Assembly: GCA_009838645.1 (NCBI GenBank)
Contig: VXRC01000024.1
Location: 18,494 to 82,493 of the forward strand
Origin: Gemmatimonadota bacterium
GTDB taxonomy: Bacteria; JAAXHH01
Length of the DNA stretch: 64,000 bases
Direction of reading: 5' to 3'
A model generated the notes under the pieces. That model worked only from the letters and a program-made list of their open reading frames with translations. It had not been told where the DNA came from and searched no databases. This document shows positions 19,429-29,156 of the stretch, piece after piece. The position numbers and the translations under genes were made by a program. Positions within the stretch are counted from its first letter, which is position 1. Every line of letters begins with the position of its first letter.

Positions 19429-19647
19429 TCAATCAAGGGCGAGCGACTTCTCCACCTCATCTGGTACGGATATTGTGACGAACCTGGCCGCAGGATAGAG
19501 ATAGTCCTCTCCACTCTCGTCAATAACCCGGAGGTCGCCATCGTCCCTCGCCGCTTCATCACGGACAACCCGGTAAATCTTGTGTTTTTCCAATGATGCG
19601 GTGTAGTCCGTGTTGTCGATGCAAACGACGTAGAAACCAGCGTTCAT
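19429..19647 (-). CDS. Hypothetical 72-aa protein, translationally coupled to nhaA
   Basis: The ATG at 19645-19647 sits 2 nt after the nhaA stop (TGAGATG). No recognizable domain. Confidence 0.35.
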   Translation of the reverse strand: MNAGFYVVCIDNTDYTASLEKHKIYRVVRDEAARDDGDLRVIDESGEDYLYPAARFVTISVPDEVEKSLALD

Positions 19648-19648
19648 C

Positions 19649-20875
19649 TCACACCACCCTCTCTAACTCTTCCCCAACAGGCTCGGTCTTCTTCTCCGTG
19701 GGCGGCAGGCAGTTACGCAGGACGATGTAGCCCAACACGCCCGACAGCAGCGAGCCGGCCATGATCCCCAGTCTTTCGTCGAATAACCCGTACGTGTCGA
19801 TGTCCGCGAAGGCCAGCGACCCGATGAAGAGGCTCATGGTAAACCCGATGCCACACAATGCGCTGGCTCCGTATATGCTCGTCCAGGTCATGCCCGTGGG
19901 CAGGCTGGCCCATTTGAATTTGACGAACATCCAGCAGAGGCCGAAGATACCGATCTGCTTACCCAGGAACAGGCCCAGCGCCACACCGACGGGAACGCCG
20001 TGAAGGACCTGATCGAGCGTCATGCCCTCGAAACTGATCCCGGCGTTGGCGAAAGCGAACACGGGAAGGATGACGAAGGCGACGACCGTATGCAGATCGT
20101 GCTCCAGGATCTTGAGCGGCGAGACGTCGGGATCGGTCCTGGACCGCATGGGAATGAATATGGCCAGGATCACGCCCGCCAGCGTCGCGTGGACGCCGGA
20201 CTTCACCAGGGCGATCCACAGGACTACGCCGACCATCATGTAGGAACTGTGGGAGACCCAGTTCCTGTTGTTCAGAAAGAACAGTACCAGTACGCAGCCC
20301 GCGGCTACCAGTAGGGCCGGTATCGATATTTCCGCAGCGTAGAACACCGCGATAATCGCGATGGCCCCGATGTCGTCCAGTATGGCCAGGGAGGTGAGGA
20401 AGACCTTGATCGAAATGGGCACGCGGGAGCCCAGGAGGGCCAGCACGCCGAGGGCGAAGGCGATATCCGTGGCCACCGGGACAGCCCAGCCTCGCAATGC
20501 GTCAGAATTGCCGCTGTTGAAGAGGAAATAGATCAGCGCGGGGACGATCATGCCGCCGACGGCGCCCACGCCGGGCAGGACGATGTTTCGCCGGTCCGAC
20601 AACTCGCCCTCGAGGAATTCGCGCTTCAGTTCCAGGCCGACGAGGAAGAAGAAGATGGCCATCAGGCCGTCGTTGATCCAGAGCTGCAGCGGCTTGTGGA
20701 TATCCAGCGCGGCAATGTGAATCTGAATCGGGATATTCAGCAGGAAGTGGTAAAGCGGCTCAAGGAACGAGTTCGCGAAAATCAAGGCCAGCGCGGTCGC
20801 GAGCATCAGGAGGATGCCGCTGGCGGATTCCAGGCGTAAAAAGGCGTCGATGAACGGTAATTTCTGATTCGACAT
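19649..20875 (-). CDS. nhaA: Na+/H+ antiporter NhaA
   Basis: 408 aa polytopic membrane protein with NhaA family motifs (WINDGLMAIFFFLVGLELKRE). Confidence 0.8.
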   Translation of the reverse strand: MSNQKLPFIDAFLRLESASGILLMLATALALIFANSFLEPLYHFLLNIPIQIHIAALDIHKPLQLWINDGLMAIFFFLVGLELKREFLEGELSDRRNIVLPGVGAVGGMIVPALIYFLFNSGNSDALRGWAVPVATDIAFALGVLALLGSRVPISIKVFLTSLAILDDIGAIAIIAVFYAAEISIPALLVAAGCVLVLFFLNNRNWVSHSSYMMVGVVLWIALVKSGVHATLAGVILAIFIPMRSRTDPDVSPLKILEHDLHTVVAFVILPVFAFANAGISFEGMTLDQVLHGVPVGVALGLFLGKQIGIFGLCWMFVKFKWASLPTGMTWTSIYGASALCGIGFTMSLFIGSLAFADIDTYGLFDERLGIMAGSLLSGVLGYIVLRNCLPPTEKKTEPVGEELERVV

Positions 20876-20947
20876 AATCTGTGTTACCCGTACCTCCTCA
20901 GGCTGCGCTTCCTATCTGCACCTCAGGCTGCGTCCGCCATCTGCACG

Positions 20948-22006
20948 TCAGACCGGGCCCGCCACCCGCACCACCATCTCCTCCACGTCGACGGACCGGC
21001 TGCTGCGGGAGGCCTCGATGGCGGCGAAGACCATGGCCACGCTCCGTATGTTGTGTTCCAGGCGCGTATCCGGCGCGGGGCCGCCGTCGATCCAGTCCAG
21101 GAACTCGTTGATCTGCCACTGGTGTCCGTCGTACTCCGGCACTACGGGACTGACGTCCTCGACCAGCATGCCCTTGCCGGGCGTATGCCGGTACATGCGC
21201 GTGACCCCGTCGCTTCCGATGGCTACGGCGCCTTCCTCGCATTCGGCGCGGTAGTGCTCCTGGTGCCAGCTGTTCTGCTCGGCGGCGCCCAGGCACGAAC
21301 CTTCGTAAGCCGCCTTCACCCCGTTGGTCATGTCCATCACGTACATGGCACAGCAATCCCCCTGGAAGGTGCTCCACGGCCGGTTCCACTCCCATCCGGC
21401 GATCGTCTTGCAGTCTCCCCCGGAGAGATTCCGCATCATGTCAAAGTGATGCACAGCGCCTTCCACGAGCAGGGTGTGCGGTATTTCGTAGCGGAAGGCG
21501 CCCCAGGTGCCGTGCTTCCGGTAGTCCGCGGCAAAGCGGCCCTGGATGTGGTTGATTCGTCCCAGTGCTCCGTCCCGCAGCACCTGCCGCATGGTCAGCA
21601 TGCGGCTGGAATAGCGGTAGTTCTGAATCACGTGCATCTTCAGGCCGGCTTCCGTGACCGCCCTGTATATATCTACGCATGCGGGCCACGTGTCGGCAAT
21701 CGGTTTTTCACTCAGGATGTCCAGCTTGTGTTCCACTGCCTGCATTACGGCGTCCCGGTGGACGGCCGGTGGGATCACGATCGTGCAGTAGTCCGCTTCC
21801 ACCTCCCCGAAGGCGGCTACCATGTCCGTGTACCGGCGGCTCCGTGGAAGCCCCAGGAAATCCCCGGAATCGTGGAGGATATCCGCATTGATGTCCACCA
21901 GGGCGACGATTTCGATCCGGTCTTCGAATTGGGGATAGAATCGGCGTATCCATGCCCCGGCCATGCCGCCGCCGCCGATCATCAGGCATTTCTTTTTGTT
22001 AGACAC
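20948..22006 (-). CDS. Gfo/Idh/MocA-family NAD(P)-dependent oxidoreductase
   Basis: N-terminal Rossmann motif (CLMIGGGGMAGAW) and an EKP motif (ILSEKPIA). Confidence 0.7.
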   Translation of the reverse strand: MSNKKKCLMIGGGGMAGAWIRRFYPQFEDRIEIVALVDINADILHDSGDFLGLPRSRRYTDMVAAFGEVEADYCTIVIPPAVHRDAVMQAVEHKLDILSEKPIADTWPACVDIYRAVTEAGLKMHVIQNYRYSSRMLTMRQVLRDGALGRINHIQGRFAADYRKHGTWGAFRYEIPHTLLVEGAVHHFDMMRNLSGGDCKTIAGWEWNRPWSTFQGDCCAMYVMDMTNGVKAAYEGSCLGAAEQNSWHQEHYRAECEEGAVAIGSDGVTRMYRHTPGKGMLVEDVSPVVPEYDGHQWQINEFLDWIDGGPAPDTRLEHNIRSVAMVFAAIEASRSSRSVDVEEMVVRVAGPV

Positions 22007-22082
22007 TCAGTACTCCGTTCTCTTGTTGGAAATCGTCTGGGATTCGATGGAAAACCTCTCGCGTTCGATATTAACCGCCTCG

Positions 22083-23465
22083 CTATATCACCATCCTCTT
22101 CCAGGCGCCTTGCCGGAACCGGTAGACGCAGGCGATTCCGAGCAGGCAGATGTAGATGGTCGCACTCAGCCAGGCGCCCCAGAAGTCCAGTTCCAGGGTG
22201 AAGGCGAGCAGGTAGGTCATCGGAAGGAAGATCACCCAGGCGCCGATGAAAGCGGCCACGGCAGACCACCGGGTGTCGCCGGCCCCGCGCAGGGCGCCGA
22301 TGAATATGACCGCGAGGGCGTCGAAGGCCTGGAACAGCGCCGCGTACAGCAGTCCCTGCCTGCCGTAGCGGATGACGTCGGGATCGTCGTTGAACAAGCT
22401 GACCAGCGGTTCGGGAAACAACAGGAACGCCAGGCCGACGAAGACCATGATGCCCATCGCCAGTTTCAGGGCGCTGTAGGCGCTGCGTTCGGCCAGCGCG
22501 ATACGTTTGGCCCCGATATACTGCCCCACGAGGGTGGCGGCGGCCATGCCGATGCCCAGGCCGATCATGTAGGAGATGGACATCAGCTGGATGGCGATCT
22601 GGTTCGCGGCCAGCTGGGCGTTTCCCAGCCTTCCGATGATGGCGGCGAAGATGACGAAGCTGCCGATGTCGAGAAACCGTTGCAGGCCAATCGGGGCGCC
22701 GACTTTCAAGAGCCGGACCTGGTCCAGCCAACGGGGCCGCGGCACGGACCGGTTGTCGTAGGGACGAAGCCGCCGGGAAAGGTAAAGGACCAAGTAAATT
22801 CCCCCGCCCAGTATGCCGGCCAGCGCCGATCCCATGGCCGATCCCTGTACCTCGAGGCGGGGCAGGCCGAAGTGTCCGTAGATCAGCCCGTAGTTCAGGA
22901 TGACGTTGATGATGTTGATGGTGATGCCGATCTTCATCGGCGTCTTCGTATCGCCGATCCCGCGGAAGAAGCTGGCCGCGGTCATGGCGACCATGAAGGC
23001 CGGACCGTCGATCAGCCGCCATTGCAGGTAGGTGATCCCCAGGCGCCGCACTTCGGCGGAGGGTCCCGCGAGGTCGAACAACAGGGGTACGAAGGGGATG
23101 ACGAGCAGGATCAGTACGCCGCTGGCCACGGCCATGTACAGCCCCTGCCACGTCATGTAGCCGCAGTCCTTCCGGTTGCCCGCGCCGTAGCTCTGGGCGA
23201 CGAAGGTGTTCAACCCCATCGCCAGCCCCAGGAACGGAAGGTAGAAAAGCCAGGCGAGCATGGATCCGAGGCCCACGGCACCGATCTCGGCCACGCCCAG
23301 TTGGCCGACCATGTACGTGTCGACCACGCCCAGCAGCGTTTCTGACATGTTGGCCAGGATGATCGGGTAGGCCAGCAGCCACACCTGGTTCACGCTTCCC
23401 GAGGTGGGATGGAAGGCGGGTGCCGTATCCTGGTCCGTAGGTTTCGATGTATCGGAAACGCTCAT
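22083..23465 (-). CDS. MATE-family multidrug/sodium efflux transporter
   Basis: 460 aa, 12-TM pattern, NorM-like N-terminus (WLLAYPIILANMSETLLGVVDTYMVGQLG). Confidence 0.75.
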   Translation of the reverse strand: MSVSDTSKPTDQDTAPAFHPTSGSVNQVWLLAYPIILANMSETLLGVVDTYMVGQLGVAEIGAVGLGSMLAWLFYLPFLGLAMGLNTFVAQSYGAGNRKDCGYMTWQGLYMAVASGVLILLVIPFVPLLFDLAGPSAEVRRLGITYLQWRLIDGPAFMVAMTAASFFRGIGDTKTPMKIGITINIINVILNYGLIYGHFGLPRLEVQGSAMGSALAGILGGGIYLVLYLSRRLRPYDNRSVPRPRWLDQVRLLKVGAPIGLQRFLDIGSFVIFAAIIGRLGNAQLAANQIAIQLMSISYMIGLGIGMAAATLVGQYIGAKRIALAERSAYSALKLAMGIMVFVGLAFLLFPEPLVSLFNDDPDVIRYGRQGLLYAALFQAFDALAVIFIGALRGAGDTRWSAVAAFIGAWVIFLPMTYLLAFTLELDFWGAWLSATIYICLLGIACVYRFRQGAWKRMVI

Positions 23466-23674
23466 TTTTAGTGGGAGGTTTTGACTTGTTCACAGGATAT
23501 AACGCCAGGAACGATGGCACAGCAGATTACATTTCGCGCCGAACCGGATCTTCCGTGCCGTCCTTGACACTTCGCATCATACGAATCAGTCGGATCGGTA
23601 CATGCGATTCTTGCAGAAAAGTGCGCGATGCTGCGCGTCCCTTTCTGAAATGCTACGCACCTCCGCCTGAAACG

Positions 23675-24424
23675 CTACGCGTCCCCGACGATGGTCAGTC
23701 CGCCGTCGACCACGAGGCTGGCGCCGGTGATGAAGGACGCCTCGTCGGACGCGAGAAACACCACCGCGGACGCGATGTCTTCCGGCAGACCCAGCCGCTT
23801 CATGGGCGGCCGGTCGATGTAGGGTTTGCGTATCGACTCGTCGAGGCCGTCCCAGGCATTCGTCAGTATGGCGCCGGGCAGCACCGCGTTGCTGCGGATC
23901 TCCGGACCGTAGTCCACGGCGACAGCCCGCGTGATCCCAATGACGCCGCCCTTGGCTGCGTCGTAGGCGGCGTAGTCCCGAAACCCGGCCAGGCTGTGCA
24001 CCGACGCCGTGTTGACGACGGCGCCTCCGCCGGATTCCCTCATGACCGGGATGGCGTGCCTGCAGCCCAGGTAGATCGCTTTCAGGCACACGTCGAGCGT
24101 CCGGTCCCAATCGGCTTCCGCCAGGTCGCACACCGGTCCGGGCGCGTGCCAGTACGCGTTGTTGTGCAGTATCTGTAGCCCGCCGTAGGTGTCGACCGCA
24201 CACTGGACCATGTTCCGAACCTGTTCGTCCCGGCCCACGTCGGCGACGCAGGCCGTGGCCGTCCAGCCTTCCCGGCGGATCGATTCGACCGTCTGTTCCA
24301 GCCCCACTTCGTTGATGTCCACGGCCACGACCCGGGCGCCTTCCCGCGCCATCCTCTCCGCGGTGCCCCGTCCAATGCCCGAGGCCGCGCCGGTTACGAT
24401 CGCCGTCTTGTCTGCCAGTCTCAT
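23675..24424 (-). CDS. SDR-family oxidoreductase
   Basis: TGAASGIG cofactor motif and YxxxK-type active site; 249 aa. Confidence 0.75.
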   Translation of the reverse strand: MRLADKTAIVTGAASGIGRGTAERMAREGARVVAVDINEVGLEQTVESIRREGWTATACVADVGRDEQVRNMVQCAVDTYGGLQILHNNAYWHAPGPVCDLAEADWDRTLDVCLKAIYLGCRHAIPVMRESGGGAVVNTASVHSLAGFRDYAAYDAAKGGVIGITRAVAVDYGPEIRSNAVLPGAILTNAWDGLDESIRKPYIDRPPMKRLGLPEDIASAVVFLASDEASFITGASLVVDGGLTIVGDA

Positions 24425-24496
24425 GGTTCTGCTCCGTTGCTATGTCGCTGAATTCGGGTTGTGTCGCGGAATCCAGGCCAAGCCCCAGTATCCGGG

Positions 24497-25762
24497 TCAA
24501 CGTTCGGTAACCGGTGACTCCCGGGTGCGGCGCCACAGGTCCTCGAACTCCGCGGTGCCGTCCTCCCGCCAGTATTCGGTTCGGATGCCGGGCGTGTAGG
24601 CCTCCAGTTCCCAGCCGTGACGGATATTCCCGAAATGGACGCGGTGTCCGTCGGGAGAAACCGCCGTGCGGATGAAACGCGGCCTGGGAAAGTCGTAGGG
24701 TTCGTCCCGGTCGAGAAAGGGTCGCATCACGTCATCCGGGACGAGGAATCCGTGCATGGCCTCTTCGTCCACTTCGACGCCCAGCCCGGGCCCGTCGGGC
24801 ACGCGGTGGAAGCCGCCCACGACCTCGATGGGATGCTTGAGCAGGTGGTGGCGGTACAGGTTGACGCAGGTGATGGCAGGCCAGGTGGCGTGGGTGAGGA
24901 CGGCGCCGAGATGGGCGGCCCAGGTGGTGGTGAGCCCGTTGCCGACCATCTGGAGCCAGAAGGGCATGTTGGCCTCCGCGCTGAGGATGCCCTGGTACTT
25001 AACCCGCGTGGCGCCGCCGCTGACGACGAAACCGTCGCAGACCGCCTCGCGGATCGCTGTGGTGTAGGGCGGCGAACCGAAATGCATGGCGATGGGACGG
25101 CTGATGACCTGCCGCAACTGGCGGTTCCCCAGGATGTCGGGCTGCGGTATGGGCGTCTCGAACATGGCCACGATGTCGAACCCCTCCAGGCCGCGCATGA
25201 CGGGCATGGCCGCCGCGGCGTTGTGCATGGAGCCGTTGGCGTCGAGGTCCACCCGGAAGTGGCGCGGCACGTTGGCGTCGATTTCCGTCATCTGTTCGTG
25301 GATGTCGTGCCAGGGCCGTTGTTTCAGCTTGATGGTCGTATACCCCTTGTCCACGGCGTCCCGCACCTGGCGGACCCAGTCGTCCGGCGGTCCCTCGTTG
25401 GACCACCAGGATATGGGCACCCAGTCCCGCACCTTGCTGCCCAGGAGCTTGTGACAGGGAACCTCGAGCGCCTTGCCCACCACGTCGTAGAGGGCCATCT
25501 GCAGCCCGGCGCCGATCGTATCGTCCTGCATGAAGTCCGCCGGGCTCTTTCCCATGACGCGCTGCACGCTCTGGTCGGTCACCCGCGCGTGGATGTAGTG
25601 GACGATGGTCTCGCCCCAGCCCACGAGGCCGGCGTCGGTGGTGACCTTGCACAGTTCGAACACGGACCAGTTGTAAACCGTCCGCTCCGCCATGGGCCGC
25701 TGTCCCTGCGTGAACGGCACGGTGACGGTGAAGCGTTCCACGTTGGTGACTTTCAGGGGCAT
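24497..25762 (-). CDS. Enolase-superfamily enzyme (mandelate racemase/muconate lactonizing enzyme family)
   Basis: True start MPLKVTNVERF at 25760-25762, preceded by GGGAGGAACGGAG. The long ORF to 26167 is an upstream extension. Family motifs present (GWGET, KLKQ..., DANGS). Confidence 0.6.
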   Translation of the reverse strand: MPLKVTNVERFTVTVPFTQGQRPMAERTVYNWSVFELCKVTTDAGLVGWGETIVHYIHARVTDQSVQRVMGKSPADFMQDDTIGAGLQMALYDVVGKALEVPCHKLLGSKVRDWVPISWWSNEGPPDDWVRQVRDAVDKGYTTIKLKQRPWHDIHEQMTEIDANVPRHFRVDLDANGSMHNAAAAMPVMRGLEGFDIVAMFETPIPQPDILGNRQLRQVISRPIAMHFGSPPYTTAIREAVCDGFVVSGGATRVKYQGILSAEANMPFWLQMVGNGLTTTWAAHLGAVLTHATWPAITCVNLYRHHLLKHPIEVVGGFHRVPDGPGLGVEVDEEAMHGFLVPDDVMRPFLDRDEPYDFPRPRFIRTAVSPDGHRVHFGNIRHGWELEAYTPGIRTEYWREDGTAEFEDLWRRTRESPVTER

Positions 25763-25784
25763 GAAGTTGCTCCGTTCCTCCCGG

Positions 25785-26852
25785 TTACTCCGGTTTTTCC
25801 AGGTAGGCCGCCAGCAGGGCGGCGCACCGGACCAGACTGTTGCGGGGTATGATCTCGAAACCGTGTGTGTTCTCCGTGGGGATGCACAGCAGGCCGGCCT
25901 GGGGCGTCTGCCCCACGGACTTGGCCATGGTGGCGTCCGAGGCGTAGCTCTGCCAGTACGCGCACTGGGGGTCCATGTCCAGCGCGCGTCCGCACGCCAG
26001 CAGGCGGTCCGCGACGGCCTTGTCGTAGAGTCCCCCTCCGTCGCCGTAGACCACGATGGGTTCGTCGGAGAGCGCCACGCCGTATTCCTCGCAGGCCGGG
26101 CCGGAATCCACGGCCAGGGACACCTCGCCGGGCAGGGACCGCGCGGCATATGCGGCGCCGTGACCACCGATCTCCTCGGAGGTGGTCATCACCAGGTAGG
26201 CATCGCACGCGGGCCGGACGCCGCGGTCCCTCATGCTCACGGCCGCGCCAATGGCGATGGCGATGGCCGCCCGGTTGTCCATGAAATACCCGCCGATGCA
26301 GTCTTCGATTTCCCAGAAAGCGCGCCGCGATTGAGCGATGACGACGCGCGTACCGGCGTGGATCCCCGCCTCCTTGAGCTGTGCCGCCGTCATGCGCGTG
26401 AAGACGTACACGTGCTTCCAGTCCATGGCCACGTTGCCGCCCCTGGCCTTGGTCTCCCAGATCCGCGCGGAATCGGCCGTCGTGTGCTGCGGTCCGACGG
26501 ACAGGACGCCCGGAACGATGCCGTCGTCCGCGAGGATCTCAACGGGGCCCTGCCCGTAGTTGGCCGGATAGATGCCCCCGAGGGGATTGACCCGGAGCGT
26601 GCCGTCCTCGTTGACGCGCTTGACGACCAGGGCCAGCTCGTCCAGGTGGGCCATCACGCGGATCACCGGGGCGTCCGGCGAGGCGCCCTTTAACAGGCCG
26701 ACGACGTTGCCGGCGGCGTCGACCCGGGTCTCGTCGCACAGGGACTGCAGTTCCTGTTCGCAGACCGCCCGCACCTCGTCTTCCTGGCCTGACGGCCCCC
26801 GGGCGTAAACGAGTTCCTGGAGCAGCGAAACGAGGTGGTCGTCGGCGGACAT
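25785..26852 (-). CDS. M42-family metallopeptidase (FrvX/glutamyl-aminopeptidase-like)
   Basis: 355 aa with M42 features (VMAHLDELALVV, GGYFMDNRAAIAIAIGA). Confidence 0.7.
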   Translation of the reverse strand: MSADDHLVSLLQELVYARGPSGQEDEVRAVCEQELQSLCDETRVDAAGNVVGLLKGASPDAPVIRVMAHLDELALVVKRVNEDGTLRVNPLGGIYPANYGQGPVEILADDGIVPGVLSVGPQHTTADSARIWETKARGGNVAMDWKHVYVFTRMTAAQLKEAGIHAGTRVVIAQSRRAFWEIEDCIGGYFMDNRAAIAIAIGAAVSMRDRGVRPACDAYLVMTTSEEIGGHGAAYAARSLPGEVSLAVDSGPACEEYGVALSDEPIVVYGDGGGLYDKAVADRLLACGRALDMDPQCAYWQSYASDATMAKSVGQTPQAGLLCIPTENTHGFEIIPRNSLVRCAALLAAYLEKPE

Positions 26853-27118
26853 GGATCGCTCCTTGCGGGTTGAATGGACGGTCGCGGTCGTCGAGCGTTT
26901 GTCGATAAGGTATGCGTGAAATAGTACTTTTCGATCGGCTCCAGATCAAGGGTAAAGACTTGACAGAGGGCATGTTATGTATAAACTCCAGATATCGCCG
27001 CCGTGGTGTCCGGAGTTACCGCCTTCATGTTGCCGGAGATTACGGGCGTCGTAAACCCCGAAGCCGTTTCAAGCGCAGATCGCCGGCCTGGATCCGGGCG
27101 TGGTTTCCGGAGCAATGT

Positions 27119-27655
27119 ATGGTTAAAGCCGCTCAATGGACGCTGGCGGCAATCGTCACGAAAACGACGGTCGTGCACACCGTGACGTATTTCGTCGCCG
27201 GTGCGCTGGCCTACGCGTTTTTCGACTACAGAGCGCTCTGGGACGAACCGGTCTTCAACGTTTACATGAAGCGCATGGACGATCCGGTCTTAATGGCCGG
27301 ACCGCTCTTTCAGCCTATACGTGGAGTGTTGTTCGGCGTAGTGTTCTACCTGCTGCGGCGCGAGTACTTCGGCCGGGCCTACGGCTGGCTGACCATCTGG
27401 GCGGTCCTGGTCGTGGTGGGGATGTTGAGTACGTTCGGTCCGGCGCCGGGTTCCATAGAAGGTCTGATCTATACCACGATTCCCTTCGGTGCCCAGTTCG
27501 GCGGCGGCAGCATCGAGACCCTGGCCCAGGCGCTTTTCTTTTCCATGATCGTGTTCTACTGGGTTCGCCAGCCCGAAAAGCGGTGGTTGACCTGGGTATT
27601 GTCGGCCGCGTTCCTTCTCGTCCTGGCGTTATCAATCATCGGGATCCTCCAGTGA
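27119..27655 (+). CDS. Hypothetical integral membrane protein (~4 TM)
   Basis: Start MVKAAQWTLAAIV, preceded by GGAG. Hydrophobic segments throughout. Confidence 0.4.
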   Translation: MVKAAQWTLAAIVTKTTVVHTVTYFVAGALAYAFFDYRALWDEPVFNVYMKRMDDPVLMAGPLFQPIRGVLFGVVFYLLRREYFGRAYGWLTIWAVLVVVGMLSTFGPAPGSIEGLIYTTIPFGAQFGGGSIETLAQALFFSMIVFYWVRQPEKRWLTWVLSAAFLLVLALSIIGILQ

Positions 27656-27689
27656 TCCTTCCTGATTTATCTATTTTACAGGAGTCATT

Positions 27690-28640
27690 ATGTACCGGAA
27701 TCTGATGGCAATACTCGCATGCGGCGCATTGGTAACCATGTTGTCGGCCTGCGCGGCCACGGAAGAGGAAACGGCAGCGCCCGCGTCCGAAACCGCGGCC
27801 GACGCCGAAACCGCGGCCGACGCCGACGTCCTCACCACGACCCTGACGCCCGACTCGGACCGGGCCGCCATCGTCGCCCACCTGCTGGAGGCGGAGCGGA
27901 AGAAGATCAATACCGAGGCCATGGCGGTCAACTTCCCCGACATGGACCGCCAGACGGCCTACGACATCCAGGCGGACATCCTGGCCGAGAAACTGAAGAA
28001 TGAAGAGCGCGTCGGCTGGAAGATCGGGTTCTCCCGCATGCCCGAGGACCCGGCCACGCTGGATCCTATTTACGGACACATCATGGCGTCGAACGTATTC
28101 GAGCCCGGGACGCCCGTGGAAGCCTCGGCCTTCGTGCCCGACTCGGCGACCGTGGAAGGCGAGTTCGCCTTCTGGATCGGCGTGGATCTCCCCGGTCCCG
28201 ATCTGACCCGTGAGCAGGTCGGCGATGCGGTCAGTGCGGTAGGCGGCGTGATCGAACTGCTGTCCACGTGGACGAACGGTACCGAGGAGCATCCGTCCAC
28301 GCGTGACCATGACGTCACCGGCAATGTCTTCCACGTGGGGATCATCCTGGGCGAAACGCGGGTGCCCCTCGACGAGGTGGATTTTACGAAGGAAACCGCG
28401 ACCGTGGTGATCGACGGCGAGGAAAGGGCCTCCGCCCTGGCCACCATGAACATGGGCGTGGACCCCCTGGAAGCGCTGACCTGGCTGGCCAACGAGTTGA
28501 CCACTTACAGCGACGAGTACCTCCGGGCGGGGGACGTGGTAATCACCGGAACGGTCTTCCCGCCGCCCCGCATGGGCGCCGGCAGCAAGGCCGTGATGAG
28601 CTTCACGACCCTCGGCACGATCGAGGTGGAACTGAAATAA
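27690..28640 (+). CDS. Lipoprotein, 2-keto-4-pentenoate-hydratase/fumarylacetoacetate-hydrolase-fold family
   Basis: Lipobox (LSAC) followed by a hydratase-like body (WKIGFSR...GEFAFWIGVDL...ITGTV). Confidence 0.5.
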   Translation: MYRNLMAILACGALVTMLSACAATEEETAAPASETAADAETAADADVLTTTLTPDSDRAAIVAHLLEAERKKINTEAMAVNFPDMDRQTAYDIQADILAEKLKNEERVGWKIGFSRMPEDPATLDPIYGHIMASNVFEPGTPVEASAFVPDSATVEGEFAFWIGVDLPGPDLTREQVGDAVSAVGGVIELLSTWTNGTEEHPSTRDHDVTGNVFHVGIILGETRVPLDEVDFTKETATVVIDGEERASALATMNMGVDPLEALTWLANELTTYSDEYLRAGDVVITGTVFPPPRMGAGSKAVMSFTTLGTIEVELK

Positions 28641-28682
28641 GGCCATGGCTACTGAACCACCCTCGTATTCGAACGCGGGGGC

Positions 28683-29156
28683 GTGATGATCAACGTCAAG
28701 AAGTTGATCCTGGGAACCGCCGCTTATACGATCTGCACGTTCTCCCTTGCCGTGGTCTGGCATATCTTTCTTTTCAATGAGAGGTATGAATCGTTCGGAT
28801 ACTTCGAGGGAGAGCCTGATTTTCTGCTCGGATTGCTCACCATCGTGCTCCAGGGCGTTTTGCTCTCCATCCTGTTTCCGATGCTGAAGGCCGAGGGAAC
28901 TTCATATCGGCGAGGGATCAGGTTCGCTTTCATTACTGGCGCATTCTTCTGGACTTCTCACGTGCTCGCCTTCGTCGCCAAGCAGAAGGTGCCGGAAGTG
29001 TCGGCGTTCATCTGGATGGAAACGGCCTATCTACTTCTCCAGTTCGGGCTGTTCGGTCTGATCATCGGTGTCATCTACCGTGGAGAGATGCAGACTGAAA
29101 GTCGGCCAAACCCCGGCGACGAAGGTGGGGATGCACAAAATCAGCCGAACGATTAG
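28683..29156 (+). CDS. Hypothetical membrane protein
   Basis: 157 aa with about 4 hydrophobic helices. Overlaps the next gene's start by ~26 nt. Confidence 0.4.
   Translation: MMINVKKLILGTAAYTICTFSLAVVWHIFLFNERYESFGYFEGEPDFLLGLLTIVLQGVLLSILFPMLKAEGTSYRRGIRFAFITGAFFWTSHVLAFVAKQKVPEVSAFIWMETAYLLLQFGLFGLIIGVIYRGEMQTESRPNPGDEGGDAQNQPND

Noticed and set aside
24497-26167. 556-aa track ORF treated as one gene
   Set aside because: The N-terminal 135 aa are Pro/Arg/Trp-rich nonsense. The real enolase-superfamily start is MPLKV at 25762, with a GGAGG RBS. The same correction was applied to 47025..48236 (HAD start 47819), 48922..49779 (queE start 49608), 51104..53011 and 1835..3529.
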